The notes under the pieces were generated by a model that saw nothing but the letters and a program-made list of their open reading frames with translations, was not told the DNA's origin and ran no database searches. A DNA stretch of 64,000 nucleotides from Leucoraja ocellata (taxonomy: Eukaryota). Of this stretch, positions 26,322 through 39,495 are shown piece after piece. The DNA lies in the NCBI GenBank assembly GCA_036785375.1, contig JAWMAR010000070.1, forward strand, positions 6,944,001-7,008,000, in the 5' to 3' direction. A program made the translations under genes and the position numbers. The number at the start of each line of letters is the position of its first letter. The stretch's first letter is position 1.

Positions 26322-26622
26322 CAGGGTGGCACGGTGGCGCAGCGGTAGAGTTGCTGCCTCTCAGCGCCAGAGACCCAGTTTCGATCCTGACCACGGGCGC
26401 TGTCTGTACGGTGTTTGCATGTTCTCCCCGTGACCTGCGTGGGTTTTCTCCGGGTGCTCCGGTTTCCTCCCACACTCCAAAAATGTGCAGGTTTGTAGTC
26501 TAATTGGCTTCGGTAAAATTGTAAACCTGCCCCTAGTGTGTGTAGGATAGTGTTAACGTGCGGGGATCGCTGGTCGGCGCAGACTCGGTGGGCCGAAGGG
26601 CCTGTTTCCGCGCTGTATCTCT
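26322..26622 (+). mobile_element. tRNA-derived V-SINE (HE1-like)
   Basis: Full-length copy, near-identical to 26961-27276. Confidence 0.85.
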
Positions 26623-26960
26623 TTACTGGTGCCCTCCCCTAATTGCCCATTTACAGGGCGAGGTGGGGAGGGAACTAGCGCGCGGGCCGACCTGACTGAA
26701 TAATGGCGCTGAAAATGGTGGCATCCGCATGTGTAATACATGCAAAAAGAATTTCACCAAGCAGTGACAAATAATGCACCATTGACTACTAAAGAGAGTA
26801 TAAGGATAGCTAAATATTTCTATATCTCCATTCTAAAACTGTCATATTCTGGATCTTTACTCTCTAGTCAAACAGATTCCACAGATTCACCACCCTCTGG
26901 CTAAAGCAAATGTCCTAGTTCTAATGGTTTATCCAGTCAACCTTCTGATAAATCACACCC

Positions 26961-27276
26961 AGGGTGGTACGGTGGCGCAGCGGTAGAGTTGCTGCCTCAC
27001 AGCGCCAGAGACCCAGGTTCGATCCTGACTACAGATGCTGTCTGTATGGAGTTTGTACGTTCTCCCCGTGACCTGCGTGGGTTTTCTCCGGGTGCTCCGG
27101 TTTCCTCCCACACTCCAAAGACGTGCGGGTTTGTAGGCTAATTGGCTTCTGTAAAATTGTAAACCTGCCCCTAGTGTGTGTAGGATAGTGTTGGTGTGCG
27201 GGGATCGCTGGTCGGCGCAGACTCGGAGGGCCGAAGGGCCGGTTTCCGCGCTGTATCTCTAAACAAAACTAAACTG
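26961..27276 (+). mobile_element. tRNA-derived V-SINE (HE1-like)
   Basis: Full-length copy. Confidence 0.85.
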
Positions 27277-28770
27277 AGCTAAAAAAACCAAGAACCTCCC
27301 TCCAGATGGTAGACTCAATGACATCCTGGATTATGACATCTGAAACGCATTGTGACATGGCGTTTAGAATTTAAACTCTAGATCTGATCTAGATTGGATT
27401 TCTGGTTCGCGAGGAAGATGGAAAATGTAAGTATACAAAAACTCAAAGGAAGAACACAGATATTAAACGTAAACAATACTGTACTGGGAGATCGCCACTC
27501 CCAACATAGGGTTAGATATTTACAATCTGGACAACTTTAACCATTTTATTCTTCTTCATGGACCACCTGAGCTGAGGCTCTATAAGGCGATGATGGTTAG
27601 GCTGTATTTGGAGTATTGTGAGCCATTTTGGGCCCCATATCTGAGGAAGGATGTGTTAGGCTCTGGGGCGGGTCCAGAGGAGGTTTACGAGAATTATCCC
27701 AGGAATGAGTGGGTTAACATATAATGACACTGGGGCTGTACTCGCTGGAGTTTAGAAGAATGGAGCGGGGACCTCATTGAAACTTACCGAACAGTGAAAG
27801 GCCCGGATAGAGTGGATGTGGAGAGGATGTTTCCACTAGTGGGAGACTAGAGGTCACAGCCTCAGAATGAAAGGACGTTCCTTTAGGAAGGAGAGGAGGA
27901 ATTTATTTAGTCAGAGGGTGGTGAATCTGTGGAATTCATTGCCACAGACGGCCAACTTAAATATGAAGTGGTTCTCTGGTTAGATATTGTGTTTAGTTGC
28001 TTTCTCTTGCTTTCCCTCTCCATCCCCTTCCCCTTCCCAGTTCTCCCACTAGTCTTACTGTCTCCGCCTACATTCTATCTTTGTCCCGCCCCCTTCCCCG
28101 ACATCAGTCCGGAGAAGGGACTCCACCCGAAACGTCGCCCATTCCTTCTCTCCAGAGATGCTGCCTGTCCCGCTGAGTTACTCTGGCATTTTGTGTCTAT
28201 CTTTGTATTTAGTTCAGTTTATACCAAATCCAATTAACCTACAAACCTGTCCCGTCTTTGGAGTGTGGGAGGAAGCCAAAGATCTCGGAGAAAACCCACG
28301 CAGGTCACGGGGAGAACATACAAACTCCGTATAGACAGCGCTCGTAGTCAGGATCGAACCCGGGTCTCTGGCGCTGTGAGGCGGCATCTCTACCGCTGTG
28401 CCACCGCGCCACCCTACCTAATAGAAGTACAGTCTGTAAAATAGTGAGAGGCGTAGATAGGGTGGACAGTCAGAACCTTTTTCCTGTGGGTTACCTGCCA
28501 ATAATTCTCCCTCACCCGTACCGACCTATTCCGCTTGGGTGGCCGACAGCCCAAAGGTATGAATATTGAATTCCCCAATTTTCCCAATCAGCCTACAAAC
28601 ACCATTCACCCCTTTCCCCACATCTTTCCCCCTCTGCCCCACCTGGATTCACACCCACTTCTCCGGATGCTCCGGTTTCCTCCCACATCCCAAAGACGTG
28701 CGGATTTACCCTCTGTAAATTGCCCCATAGTGTGTCGGGAATGGGATAACATACGTAGATCTGGAACTCA

Positions 28771-29091
28771 AGGGCCTGTCCCACTTAGGTGATTTTTGTA
28801 GGCGACTGCCGGTGACTAGGCAGTCGCCACATGGTCGCAGGCCGGGGTGTCGCCTGTACGGTCGTGAGTCGTCTCCTCAGTCGCCCGAAGAGTCGTATCG
28901 TTTTTCTGATCGCCGCTGGATTTTGAAATGGTCAAAACTTTTCAGCGATGGCGGTCTTGTCGTAGCTTGTCTTCTCCTGTCGTAGGCTCTCGCCAGGATG
29001 GTGTAGGTTGTCGCTGGTGCTGACTTTGGTGAATTCCATTGTCGTAGTTGCCGGCAGTCGCCTAAAAAATCGCCCAAGTGGGACAGGCCCT
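28771..29091. mobile_element. MITE (PIF/Harbinger-like)
   Basis: About 40-bp TIRs agggcctgtcccactt...aagtgggacaggccct; flanked by tca / taa. Confidence 0.8.
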
Positions 29092-29306
29092 TAATATGTC
29101 AACGGATGATGATTGATCGGTGCAGACTCGGTGGGCAGAAGGGCCTGTTTCCGTGCTGTATCTCTGCATTAAGTAAATTCCAGTTGTTCTCAATGTTAGT
29201 TGCTCACCTTTAAGTTCTTCCACAGATCTGTTTGAAGTGATGTACACACACCGTCAGAGATCCACTCGTGAATTCAGTGACAAACTAACCTGCTTCAGAC
29301 ACTAGG

Positions 29307-29331
29307 ATGAGCAGAGAACTTCTCTTGATGG
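29307..29331 (+). CDS. Chitinase-like gene C exon 1 coding part
   Basis: aggATGAGCAGAGAACTTCTCTTGATGG|GTaagt, 25 nt, same size and phase as gene B exon 1: MSRELLLM. Confidence 0.78.
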
Positions 29332-29446
29332 GTAAGTGGTGGATATTTTCATCATATGTTATTATTTAGAACCCACACAATAGAAGCTTGAGCCAACGTC
29401 TGGTTCTGCTGCAACATTCAGCACATCTTGGCTGTCGACTTTATAT

Positions 29447-29765
29447 TTAGTTTAGTTTAGAGATATAGCACTGAAAACAGGCCCTTCGGCCCACCGAGGC
29501 CGTGCCGACCAGCAATCCCCGCGCATTAACACTATCCTACAAGCACTAGGGACAATTTACACATACAACAAGCCAATTAACCTACAAACCTGTACGTCTT
29601 CGGAATGTGGGAGGAAACCGAAGATCTCAGAGAAAAACCACACAGATCACGGGGAGAACGTAAAAACTGCGTACAGACAGCACCTGTAGTCAGGATCGAA
29701 CCCGGGTCTCCAGTGCTGCGAGCGCTGTAAGGCAGCAACTCTACCGCTGCACCACCGTGCCACCC
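29447..29765 (-). mobile_element. tRNA-derived V-SINE (HE1-like); many further partial copies occur across the window
   Basis: Reverse complement of the SINE consensus with (tttag)n tail. Confidence 0.85.
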
Positions 29766-30829
29766 TAGGAAGGATTGGAATAGCAAGGGTGGCCAGATCG
29801 GAATTAAAGGACATTCCTTCAGGAAGATGGGGAGGAATTTATTTAGTCAAGGGGTGGTGAATCTGTGGCATTCATTGCCACAGACAACCCATCGAGTCTA
29901 CTCCGCCATTCAATCATGGCTGATCTATCTCTCCCTCCTAACCCCATTCTCCTGCCTTCTCCCCATAACCCCTGACACCTGTACTAATCTTAAAATGGCC
30001 CCATATAAGTTCACGTTGGAGTAGCAGAATTAGTGCATTGGGCCCATCAAGGCTAATCCGCTATTCAGTACGAAGCATTGAGAGATAAAATGTAATCAGG
30101 AAGACAGTCTGTGAATGGATTGTGTTAGAACACAACTTTAGAAAATAACTTGCTAATACTATTTATTATAATCCTGTTTTATTAAATGGTGACAAGTCAG
30201 GGTCAGGGGATATGTACCTGAAGGGCATTGGTTGAAAATAAGAGGGAAAGATTTATTAGGAATCTGAGGGGCAACTTTTTCAATCAGAGAGTGGTGGGTG
30301 TATGGAACGAGCTGCCAGAGGAGGCAGTTGAGGCAGGGACTATAACAACATTTAAAAGACATGGATAGGACAGGTATAGAGAGATACGGTCCAAATATAG
30401 GAAATTGTAGGTGGAGGTAGATAGATTTGTGATTAGTACGGCTGTCAGGGGTTATGGGGAGAAGACAGTTCCAGAATGAGATCGAGAAGGAGAGATAGAT
30501 CCACCGTGATTGAATGGCGGAATAGCCTTGATGGGCAGAATGGCCTAATGCTGCTCCTCCACCATGAACTTAAATGGGGCCTTGTTAGATCGCTAACTTG
30601 GGCGACGTGGACAAGTTGGGCCGAATACTCGATGTGTTTAGAATTCAGCTTTTCATCGAATAAATTGCTAATACTATTTAATATAAAATAGTTTGTGACC
30701 AACCTTGCTGCTCCTGTCATTAAATTGTGACAAGCATTTAAAATCATTTTTGTTTAAGAAAGAACTGTAGATGCTGGAAAAATCGAAGGTAGGCGAAATA
30801 TGCTGGAGAAACTCAGCAGGTGAGATTCA

Positions 30830-31142
30830 CTCACGGTACGAGTTCATTCCAAGAGCTCTCTCCCGAGATTTAAAAAAATCAAACTCGTGGTAAGCACGGA
30901 GAATGAACGTAGCGGGTACGTCGGAGCTCGGGGACGTTGTTTATCGCTAACGGCAGGTACTCGGGAAGACTCGCTAACGGCAGGTAAGCTCGGGAAGACT
31001 CGTGAAGATTTTTCAACATGTTGATAATAGTCCACGAGAGCCCCGAGCACCGACGAGCAGCCATTACCGTAAATCTCCGAGTTTGAATCAGGGCAAACTC
31101 GGGAGAGCTCTTGGAATGAACTCGTACTGTGGGACAGGGCTA
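30830..31142. mobile_element. MITE (same TIR terminus family, left end degraded)
   Basis: cggtacgagttcattccaagagctctc ... gagagctcttggaatgaactcgtactgtgggacagggc. Confidence 0.75.
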
Positions 31143-31219
31143 TTACTCCAGCATTTTTGTCTACCTTTAAAATAATTAACGGTTATTTCATAATAGGAGT
31201 GTATTTATTTCTGTTTTAG

Positions 31220-31252
31220 TGAGCGTGGTGGCCTTGTTACATGGATCTGTGG
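31220..31252 (+). CDS. Chitinase-like gene C exon 2 (signal peptide)
   Basis: ctgttttAG...GTaagt, 33 nt, phase 1-1: VSVVALLHGSV. Confidence 0.78.
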
Positions 31253-32360
31253 GTAAGTTTCTCCACATCCACACATCATACACAGCGGTGTGACCCATTG
31301 GTCAGGGTACAGATTCACGACTGCTGGACTTTACGCGAAGCTCGTGCGGTCGGTGATTGAATCCCCGACATCAAGGCGATCGAGGCTCCCGCGATCAGGG
31401 CGGTCCAAGTCCTTGCGGTCGGAGTTCCCGAAGTCGATACCTAACAAAGGGACGGCCAACTCCACGATGTTGGGCCGCAGTGCGCACGGAGATACGATAC
31501 GTAAAATGTTGCATCTCCGTCGAGGGAAGAGATTTTTTAAAAAGTTTATTTATTTATTACTAATTTTATTACTCATTTGTTACTGATTTTATTACCTCAC
31601 CAGAGACCATCTTCAATCTGACTTTTAAACGTTATTCCCTTTATCCTGTATCCGTACACGATTGTAATCACTGAGAGTCTTTCCGCTGACTGGATAGCAC
31701 GCAACAAAACACATAGCTTTTCACTTTATGTGTAGGAAGGAACTGTGCAGATGCTGGTTTACACTGAAGATAGACACAAAATGCTGGAGTAACTCAGCGG
31801 GACAGGCAGTGTCTCTGGAGAGAAGGAATTGGTGACGTTTCGGGTCGAGACCCTTCTTCACTACCTCGGTACATGAGACAATAGGTTCAGCTTAGTTTAT
31901 TGTCACGTGTACCGAGCTACAGTAAAAAACTTTTGTTGGTTGCTAACCAGTCAGCGGAAAGACAATTCATGATTACAAAACTAAACTCATTTATTACGCG
32001 TTTAGTTTAGTTTAGAAACAGGCCCTTCGGCCCATCGAGTCCGCACTGACCAGCAATACCCTCACATTAACACACACTAATTAACACACACTAATTAACA
32101 CACACTTATACTAAGCCAATTAACCTATAAACCTCTGTACGTCTTTGGAGTGTGGGAGGAAACCGGAGCACCCGGAGAAAACCCACGCAGGTCCCAGGGA
32201 GAACGTACAAACTCCGTACAGACAGTGCCCGTATTCGGGATCGAACCTGGGTCTCTAAGGGTTTTAGGGCAGCAACTCTACCGCTGCGCAACCGTTCCGC
32301 GCCAATTATTACTCATTTATTACTCAAAGTTACTGCGTTGTGATTTTTCTCACACTCCAG

Positions 32361-32565
32361 TCTCCTCGTACAAGCTGGTGTGTTACTACACTAATTGGGC
32401 TCAGTACAGGAAGGACGGAGCCAGGTTCTTGCCCGATAAAATTGACCCCTGTCTCTGCACCCACTTGATATTCGCCTACGCCAACATAACCGAAGACCAC
32501 GAGCTCACCAGCTTGGAGAGAGAAGACGAGGAAATGTACAAGAAATTCAATAATCTGAAAAGCAA
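32361..32565 (+). CDS. Chitinase-like gene C exon 3
   Basis: VSSYKLVCYYTNWAQYRKDGARFLPDKIDPCLCTHLIFAYANITEDHELTSLEREDEEMYKKFNNLKS; AG/GT bounded. Confidence 0.94.
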
Positions 32566-32584
32566 GTAAGTCATATCATCAATA

Positions 32585-33115
32585 GGTCACAGAGTGCTGG
32601 AGTAACTCAGCGGGTGCAGCAGCATCTATGGAGCTAAGGAAATAGGCAACGTTTCGGGCTGAAACCCGTAAGGGTTTCGGCCCGAAACGTTGCCTATTTC
32701 CAGAAGGATTTTGGCCCGAAACGTTGCTAATTTCCAGAAGGATTTCGGCCCGAAACGTTGCCTATTTCCAGAAGGGTTTCGGCCCGAAACGTTGCCTATT
32801 TCCTTAGCTCCATAGATGCTGCTGCACCATAACTCAGCGGGTCAGGCAGCATCTGTGGAGAACATGGATAGGTGACGTTTCACAGAGTGCTGGAGTAACT
32901 CAGCGGGTCAGGCAGCATCTGTGGAGAACATGGATAGGTGACGTTTCACAGAGTGCTGGAGTAACTCAGCGGGTCAGGCAGCATCTATGGGGAACATGGA
33001 TAGGTGACGTTTCACAGAGTGCTGGAGTAACTCAGCGGGTCAGGCAGCATCTATGGGGAACATGGATAGGTGACGTTTCACAGAGTGCTGGAGTAACTCA
33101 GCGGGTCAGGCAGCA
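32585..33115. repeat. Composite 34-bp + 66-bp tandem array
   Basis: (ccagaagggtttcggcccgaaacgttgcctattt)n inside a hairpin, followed by 66-bp units. Confidence 0.88.
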
Positions 33116-33242
33116 CACACAGCACCCATAGTCAGGGTCCAACCCGGGTTTGTGACACTGTGAGGCAGCAACTCTACCACTGTGTCACTGTGATGCCCTC
33201 GTCTTTATAGTTCAGAGCTTATTTAGAGTCTCTGTGACTGAT

Positions 33243-33540
33243 AGCCCTGTCCCACAGTGCGAGTTCATTCCCAGAGCTCTCCAGAGTTTAAAAAAAATCA
33301 AACTCGTAAGCACGGAGAATGAACGTAGCGGGTACGTCGGAGCTCGGGGATGTCTCTTAGCGCTAACGGCAGGTACTCGGGAAGACTCGCTAACGGCAGG
33401 TAAGCACGGGAAGACTGGTGAAGATTTTTCAACACAATGAAAAATGTCCATGAGAGCCCCGAGTACCGACGAGCGGCCATTACCGTAAATCTCCGCGTTC
33501 GAAACAGGGCTCTTGGAATGAACTCGTACCGTGGGACAGA
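33243..33540. mobile_element. MITE (same subfamily as 30830-31142)
   Basis: agccctgtcccacagtgcgagttcattcc ... ggaatgaactcgtaccgtgggacag. Confidence 0.78.
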
Positions 33541-33589
33541 GGTTTAAGATGCTTTTTCTGCCACTATTTTCCGAACTCTCGAGTACTTA

Positions 33590-34010
33590 GGAGAATTTAG
33601 AAGATTGAGGGGGGATCTTATAGAAACTTACAAAATTCTTAAGGGGTTGGACAGGCTAGATGCAGGAAGATTGTTCCCGATGTTGGGGAAGTCCAGGACA
33701 AGGGGTCACAGCTTAAGGATAAGGGGGAAATCCTTTAAAACCGAGATGAGGAGAACCTTTTTCACACAGAGAGTGGTGAATCTCTGGAACTCTCTGCCGC
33801 AGAGGGTAGTTGAGGCCACAGTTCATTGGCTATATTTAAGAGGGAGTTAGATGTGGCCCTTGTGGCTAAGGAGATCAGGGGGTATGGAGAGAAGGCAGGT
33901 ACGGGATACTGAGTTGATGATCAGCCATGATCATATTGAATGGCGGTGCAGGCTCGAAGGGCCGAATGGCCTCTACTCCTGCACCTATTGTCTATGTTTC
34001 TATGTTTCTA
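33590..34010 (+). mobile_element. CR1 LINE 3' fragment
   Basis: RGDLIETYKILKGLDRLDAGRLF...RVVNLWNSLP; ATGTTTCT tail. Confidence 0.85.
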
Positions 34011-34041
34011 CTGATGGTTTTATGGTTTTTCTTTGCTACAG

Positions 34042-34098
34042 GAATACTAAACTGAAAACCCTTCTATCCATTGGAGGCTGGAGTTTTGGAACTACCAG
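34042..34098 (+). CDS. Chitinase-like gene C exon 4
   Basis: 57 nt: NTKLKTLLSIGGWSFGTT. Confidence 0.93.
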
Positions 34099-35163
34099 GT
34101 AAAGTCTTAACAGTGGGTGACCCAGACTTACCGCCTTTGTCCCTCACTATCCACGCCTCTGATTAGAGATACAGCATGAAAACAGGCCCTTCAGCCCATC
34201 CAGTCCACGCCGACCATCGATCACCCATTCACACTCGTTCTCTGCTATCCCATTTTCACATCCACACTAGGGGGCAATTTACAGAGGGGCCGATTAACCT
34301 ACAAACCCGCACGTCTTTGGAATGTGGGAGGAAACCGGAGCACCCGGAGAAAGCCCACGCGGTCACTGGGTGAACGTGCAAACTCCACACAGATGGTACC
34401 ACTGTGTCAATCAATCAATCAACCAATCGATCAATCGATCAAAAGTTCATAAGTGAAAGGAGCAGAATTAGGCCATTCGGCCCATCAAGTCTACTCCGCC
34501 ATTCAATCATGGCTGATCTATCCTTCCCTCTCAACCCCATTCTCCTGCCCCATTACCCCCTGACACCCGCACTAATCAAGAATCTGTCAATCCCCTCCAA
34601 TGACTTGGCCTCCACAGCCGTCTGTGGCAATTAATTCCACAGATTCACCACCCTCTGATTAAAGAAATTCCTCCTCATCTCCTTCCCAAAGGAACGTCCG
34701 AAATGCTGCCTGAGCTGCTGAGTTACACAAACACACAAACCAACCTCCCCTCCATTGACTCCATTTATACCTCCCGCTGCCTCGGCAAGGCCAGCAGCAT
34801 CATCAAGGACCAGTCTCACCCCCGGCCACTCCCTCTTCTCCCCTCTCCCATTGGGCACGAGGTAGAGAAGTGTGAAAACGCACACACACCTCCAGATTCA
34901 GGGACAGTTTCTTCCCGGCTGTTATCAGGCAACTGAACCGTCCTCTCACCAACTAGAGAGCGGTCCTGACCTCCCATCCACCTCATTGGAGACCCTCGGA
35001 CTTTGCCGGCTTTACCTTGCACTAAACGTTATTCCCTTATCCTGTATCTGTACACTGTGAACGGATCGATTGTAATCACGTTGTGTCTTTCCGCTGACTG
35101 GTTTAGCACGCAACAAAAGCTTGTCACTGTACCTACTCGCGGCGCTCTCTCTGCTCCCGTTAG

Positions 35164-35329
35164 ATTCACCAACATGGTGGCCACGACGGACTCTCGTGCG
35201 ACCTTTATCCGCTCGGCCGTCTCCTTCCTGCGGCAGTTTGGATTTGACGGCCTGGACCTGGACTGGCAATATCCCGGCTTCAGGGAAAGTCCGGCAGAGG
35301 ATCGGAACCGGTTCACTGTCCTGCTGAAG
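35164..35329 (+). CDS. Chitinase-like gene C exon 5 (catalytic Glu to Gln)
   Basis: 166 nt: [55 protein letters not shown]; CAA codon at 35267-35269. Confidence 0.95.
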
Positions 35330-35352
35330 GTGAGAGGGCCGGGAATCTCCCT

Positions 35353-36058
35353 GTTACACACTCACACTAGTTCACGTTACACACTCACACTAGTTCACGT
35401 TACACACTCACACTAGTTCATGTTGCACACTCACACTGGTTCACGTTACACACTCACACTAGTTCATGTTACACACTCACACTAGTTCATGTTACACACT
35501 CACACTAGTTCATGTTACACACTCACACACGGCGCACTAGTTCACGTTACACACTCACACTAGTTCATGTTACACACTCACACGAGTTCACGTTACACAC
35601 TCACATACCATGCACTAGTTCATGTTACACACTCACACACGGCGCACTAGTTCACGTTACACACTCACACTAGTTCATGTTACACACTCACACTAGCTCA
35701 CGTTACACACTCACACTAGTTCATGTTACACACTCACATACCATGCACTAGTTCACGTTACACATTCACACTAGTTCATGTTACACTCATACACGGCGCA
35801 CTAGTCCATGTTACACACTCACATTGCGCCCTATGCCGTTACACACTCACTAGTTCACGTTACACACTCACACTAGTTCACGTTACACACTCACACCAGT
35901 TCACGTTACACACACACACTAGTTCACGTTACACACTCATATACCATGCACTAGTTCACATTACACACTCATACACGGCGCACTAGTCCATGTTACACAC
36001 TCACATTGCGCCCTATGCCGTTACACACTCACACAGTGCACTTCCCATTACACACTCA
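35353..36058. repeat. Minisatellite, ~23-bp unit CACACTCACACTAGTTCAYGTTA
   Basis: Tandem copies with variants, directly after gene C exon 5. Confidence 0.95.
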
Positions 36059-36295
36059 CTCTGGGTCGACTCAAAAGAAGGGTCTCGACCTGAAACGTCA
36101 CCCGTTCCTTCTCTCCAGGGATGCTGCCCGCCCCGCTGAGTCACTCCAGCGTTTTTGCGTCCATCTTCGATTGTGATCATGTGTTGTCTTTGCGCTGACT
36201 GGTTAGCACGCGGAGCTTTTTACTGTAGCTCGGTACACGTGACAGTAAACTGAACTGAGCGCCCTGTGTCACTGTTTCCCCCCGGCGTTCTGCAG

Positions 36296-36420
36296 GAGTT
36301 GCGAGCTGCGATACAGGACGAGGCACACAATGATGACAAAGGCAGACTGCTACTAACCGCTGCTGTTGCCGCCTACAAGGAGGTGATCGACAACGCCTAC
36401 AACATCTCTGCCATCTCACA
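36296..36420 (+). CDS. Chitinase-like gene C exon 6
   Basis: 125 nt: ELRAAIQDEAHNDDKGRLLLTAAVAAYKEVIDNAYNISAIS. Confidence 0.9.
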
Positions 36421-37208
36421 GTGAGTACCCGCATGAGTCACGCATGGTGGCCGTGTGTCGGCACTGGGCCTGTACTCACTGGCGTTTAGAAGGATGAGGG
36501 GGGGCTCATTGAAACACAGAATAGTGAAAGGCCTGGAGAGAGTGGATGTGGAGAGGATGTTTCCATTGGTGGGAGGAAACCGAAGATGTCGGAGAAAACC
36601 CAAGCAGGTCACGGGGAGAACGTGCAAACTCCGTACAGACAGCGCCCGTGAACAGGTTCGAACCGGGTTTCTGGCGCTGTGAGGCAGCAACTCTACCGCT
36701 GCACCACCCAATTGTACTTGAGTACTTGAGACAGGTTTGGGTGTATCTATGTAGAGTATTATCCGATGTAATTGGAGAGCATGCAATCATTTCACCGCAT
36801 CTCGGTAAAGATTCATTGCATTACGCAGGCCGAATTGATTGTAATCAGTCACGGTGGCGCAGCGGCAGAGTTGCTCCTTACAGCGCTTTCAGCGCCAGAG
36901 ACCCGGGTTCGATCCCCACTACGGGCGCTGTCTGTACGGAGTTTGCACGTTCTCCCCGTGACCGCCGTGGGTTTTCTCCGAGCTCTTCGGTTCCTGGACA
37001 AGCTAGATGCAGGAAAAATATTCCTAATGTTGGGCGAGTCCAGAACCAGGGGCCACAGTCTTAGAATAAAGGGGAGGCCAAAAAACCTTTTCACCCAGAG
37101 AGTTGTGAATTTGTGGAATTCCCTGCCACAGAGGGCAGTGGAGGCCAAGTCACTGGATGGATTTAAGAGAGAGTTAGATAGAGCTCTAGGGGCTAGTGGA
37201 GTCAGGGG

Positions 37209-38466
37209 AATTGTTTGAAGAGGTTACTAGGGAAATTGACGAGGGTAAAGCAGTGGGTGTTGTCTATATGGACTTTAGTAAGGCCTTTGACAAGGTTCCT
37301 CATGGAAGGTTGGTTAAGAAGGTTCAACTGTTGGGTATAAATGCAGGAATAGCAAGATGGATTCAACAGTGGCTGAATGGGAGAAGCCAGAGGGTAATGG
37401 TGGATGGCTGTTTATCGGGTTGGAGGCAGATGACTAGTGGGGTGCCTCAGGGATCTGTGTTGGGTCCTTTGTTGTTTGTCATGTACATCAATGATCTGGA
37501 TGAAGGTGTGGTAAATTGGATTAGTAAGTATGCAGATGATACCAAGATAGGGGGTGTTGTGGATAATGAAGAGGATTTCCAAAGTCTACAGAGTGATTTA
37601 GGCCATTTGGAAAAATGGGCTGAAAGATGGCAGATGGAGTTTAATGCTGATAAATGTGAGGTGCTACACCTTGGCAGGACAAATCAAAATAGGACGTACA
37701 TGGTAAATGGGAGGGAATTGAAGAATACAGTTGAACAGAGGGATCTGGGTATAACCGTGCATAGTTCCTTGAAGGTGGAATCTCATATAGATAGGGTGGT
37801 AAAGAAAGCTTTTGGTATGCTAGCCTTTATAAATCAGAGCATTGAGTATAGAAGCTGGGATGTAATGTTAAAATTGTACAAGGCATTGGTGAGGCCAAAT
37901 CTGGAGTATGGTGTACAATTTTGGTCGCCAAATTATAGGAAGGATGTCAACAAAATAGAGAGAGTACAGAGGAGATTTACTAGAATGTTGCCTGGGTTTC
38001 AGCAACTAAGTTACAGAGAAAGGTTGAACAAGTTAGGGCTTTATTCTTTGGAGCGCAGAAGGTTAAGGGGGGACCTGATAGAGGTCTTTAAAATGATGAG
38101 AGGGATAGACAGAGTTGATGTGGACAAGCTTTTCCCTTTGAGAATAGGGAAGATTCAAACAAGAGGACATGACTTCAGAATTAAGGGACAGAAGTTTAGG
38201 GGTAATATGAGGGGGAACTTCTTTACGCAGAGAGTGGTGGCGGTGTGGAATGAGCTCCCAGTGGAAGTGGTGGAGGCAGGTTCATTGGTATCATTTAAAA
38301 ATAAATTGGATAGGCATATGGATGAGAAGGGAATGGAGGGTTATGGTACGAGTGCAGGCAGGTGGGACTAAGGGGAAAAAAATTTGTTCGGCATGGACTT
38401 GTAGGGCCGAGATGGCCTGTTTCCGTGCTGTAATTGTTATATGGTTATATGGTTATATGGTTATAT
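37209..38466 (+). mobile_element. Young 5'-truncated CR1 LINE nested in an older CR1 tail (gene C intron 6)
   Basis: Open RT ORF (YMDFSKAFDKV, YADD) and (GGTTATAT)n tail. The flanks 36995-37208 and 38467-38580 continue an interrupted CR1 3' end. Confidence 0.92.
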
Positions 38467-38626
38467 GGGGAGAAGGCAGGCACGGGTTATTGATTGGGGA
38501 CGATCAGCCATGATCACAATGAATGGCGGTGCTGGCTCGAAGGGCCGAATGGCCTCCTCCTGCACCGATTGTCTATGTTTCGATGCCTCCACGACTACGT
38601 GAATCTAACAGCCTTCTTTTAATCAG

Positions 38627-38750
38627 GTGCTTGGACTTCATTTCTGTGAGGACGTTTGATTTCCATGGACACTGGGAGAAGGTGACCGGCCACAACAGCC
38701 CGCTCTTCCTGGGTCCCACTGACAAAGGCAAATTTATTTTCTATAACATT
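38627..38750 (+). CDS. Chitinase-like gene C exon 7
   Basis: 124 nt: [41 protein letters not shown] (MTYD changed to RTFD). Confidence 0.92.
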
Positions 38751-38944
38751 GTGAGTAGATTGATAATATACACCTTCTTCATGGTCACTATTTTACCACC
38801 AGGTTCAGGAATAGCTTCTTCCCAACACACAAGGGGCCAGGCAGCAGCTTGCACTGAACCTTATACATGTTATTCCCTTTATCCTCTATCTGTGCACCGT
38901 GGACAGCTGGATTGTAATCATGTGTAGTCCTTCCGCTGAAGATA

Positions 38945-39495
38945 GACAGAGTGCTGGAGTAACTCAGCGGGTCAGGCAGCATCTGTGGGGAACATGGATA
39001 GGTGACGTTTCACAGAGTGCTGGAGTAACTCAGTGGGTGCAGCAGCATCTATGGAGCTAAGGAAATAGGCAACGTTTCGGGCCGAAACCCGGAAGGGTTT
39101 CGGCCTGAAACGTTGCCTATTTCCAGAAGGATTTCGGCCCGAAACGTTGCCTATTTCCAGAAGGGTTTCGGCCCGAAACGTTGTCTATTTCCAGAAGGGT
39201 TTCGGCCCGAAACGTTGCCTATTTCCTTAGCTCCATAGATGCTGCTGCACCATAACTCAGTGGGTCAGGCAGCATCTGTGGAGAACATGGATAGGTGACG
39301 TTTCACAGGGTGCTGGAGTAACTCAGCGGGTCAGGCAGCATCTGTGGAGAACATGGATAGGTGACGTTTCACAGAGTGCTGGAGTAACTCAGCGGGTCAG
39401 GCAGCATCTGTGGAGAACATGGATAGGTGACGTTTCACAGAGTGCTGGAGTAACTCAGTGGGTCAGGCAGCATCTGTGGAGAACATGGATAGGTG
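38945..39495. repeat. Composite 34-bp + 66-bp tandem array (near copy of 32585-33115)
   Basis: Same order of units. Confidence 0.88.

Noticed and set aside
26325-26400. tRNA gene
   Set aside because: tRNA-like head of a SINE, followed by V-core and tail; many copies.
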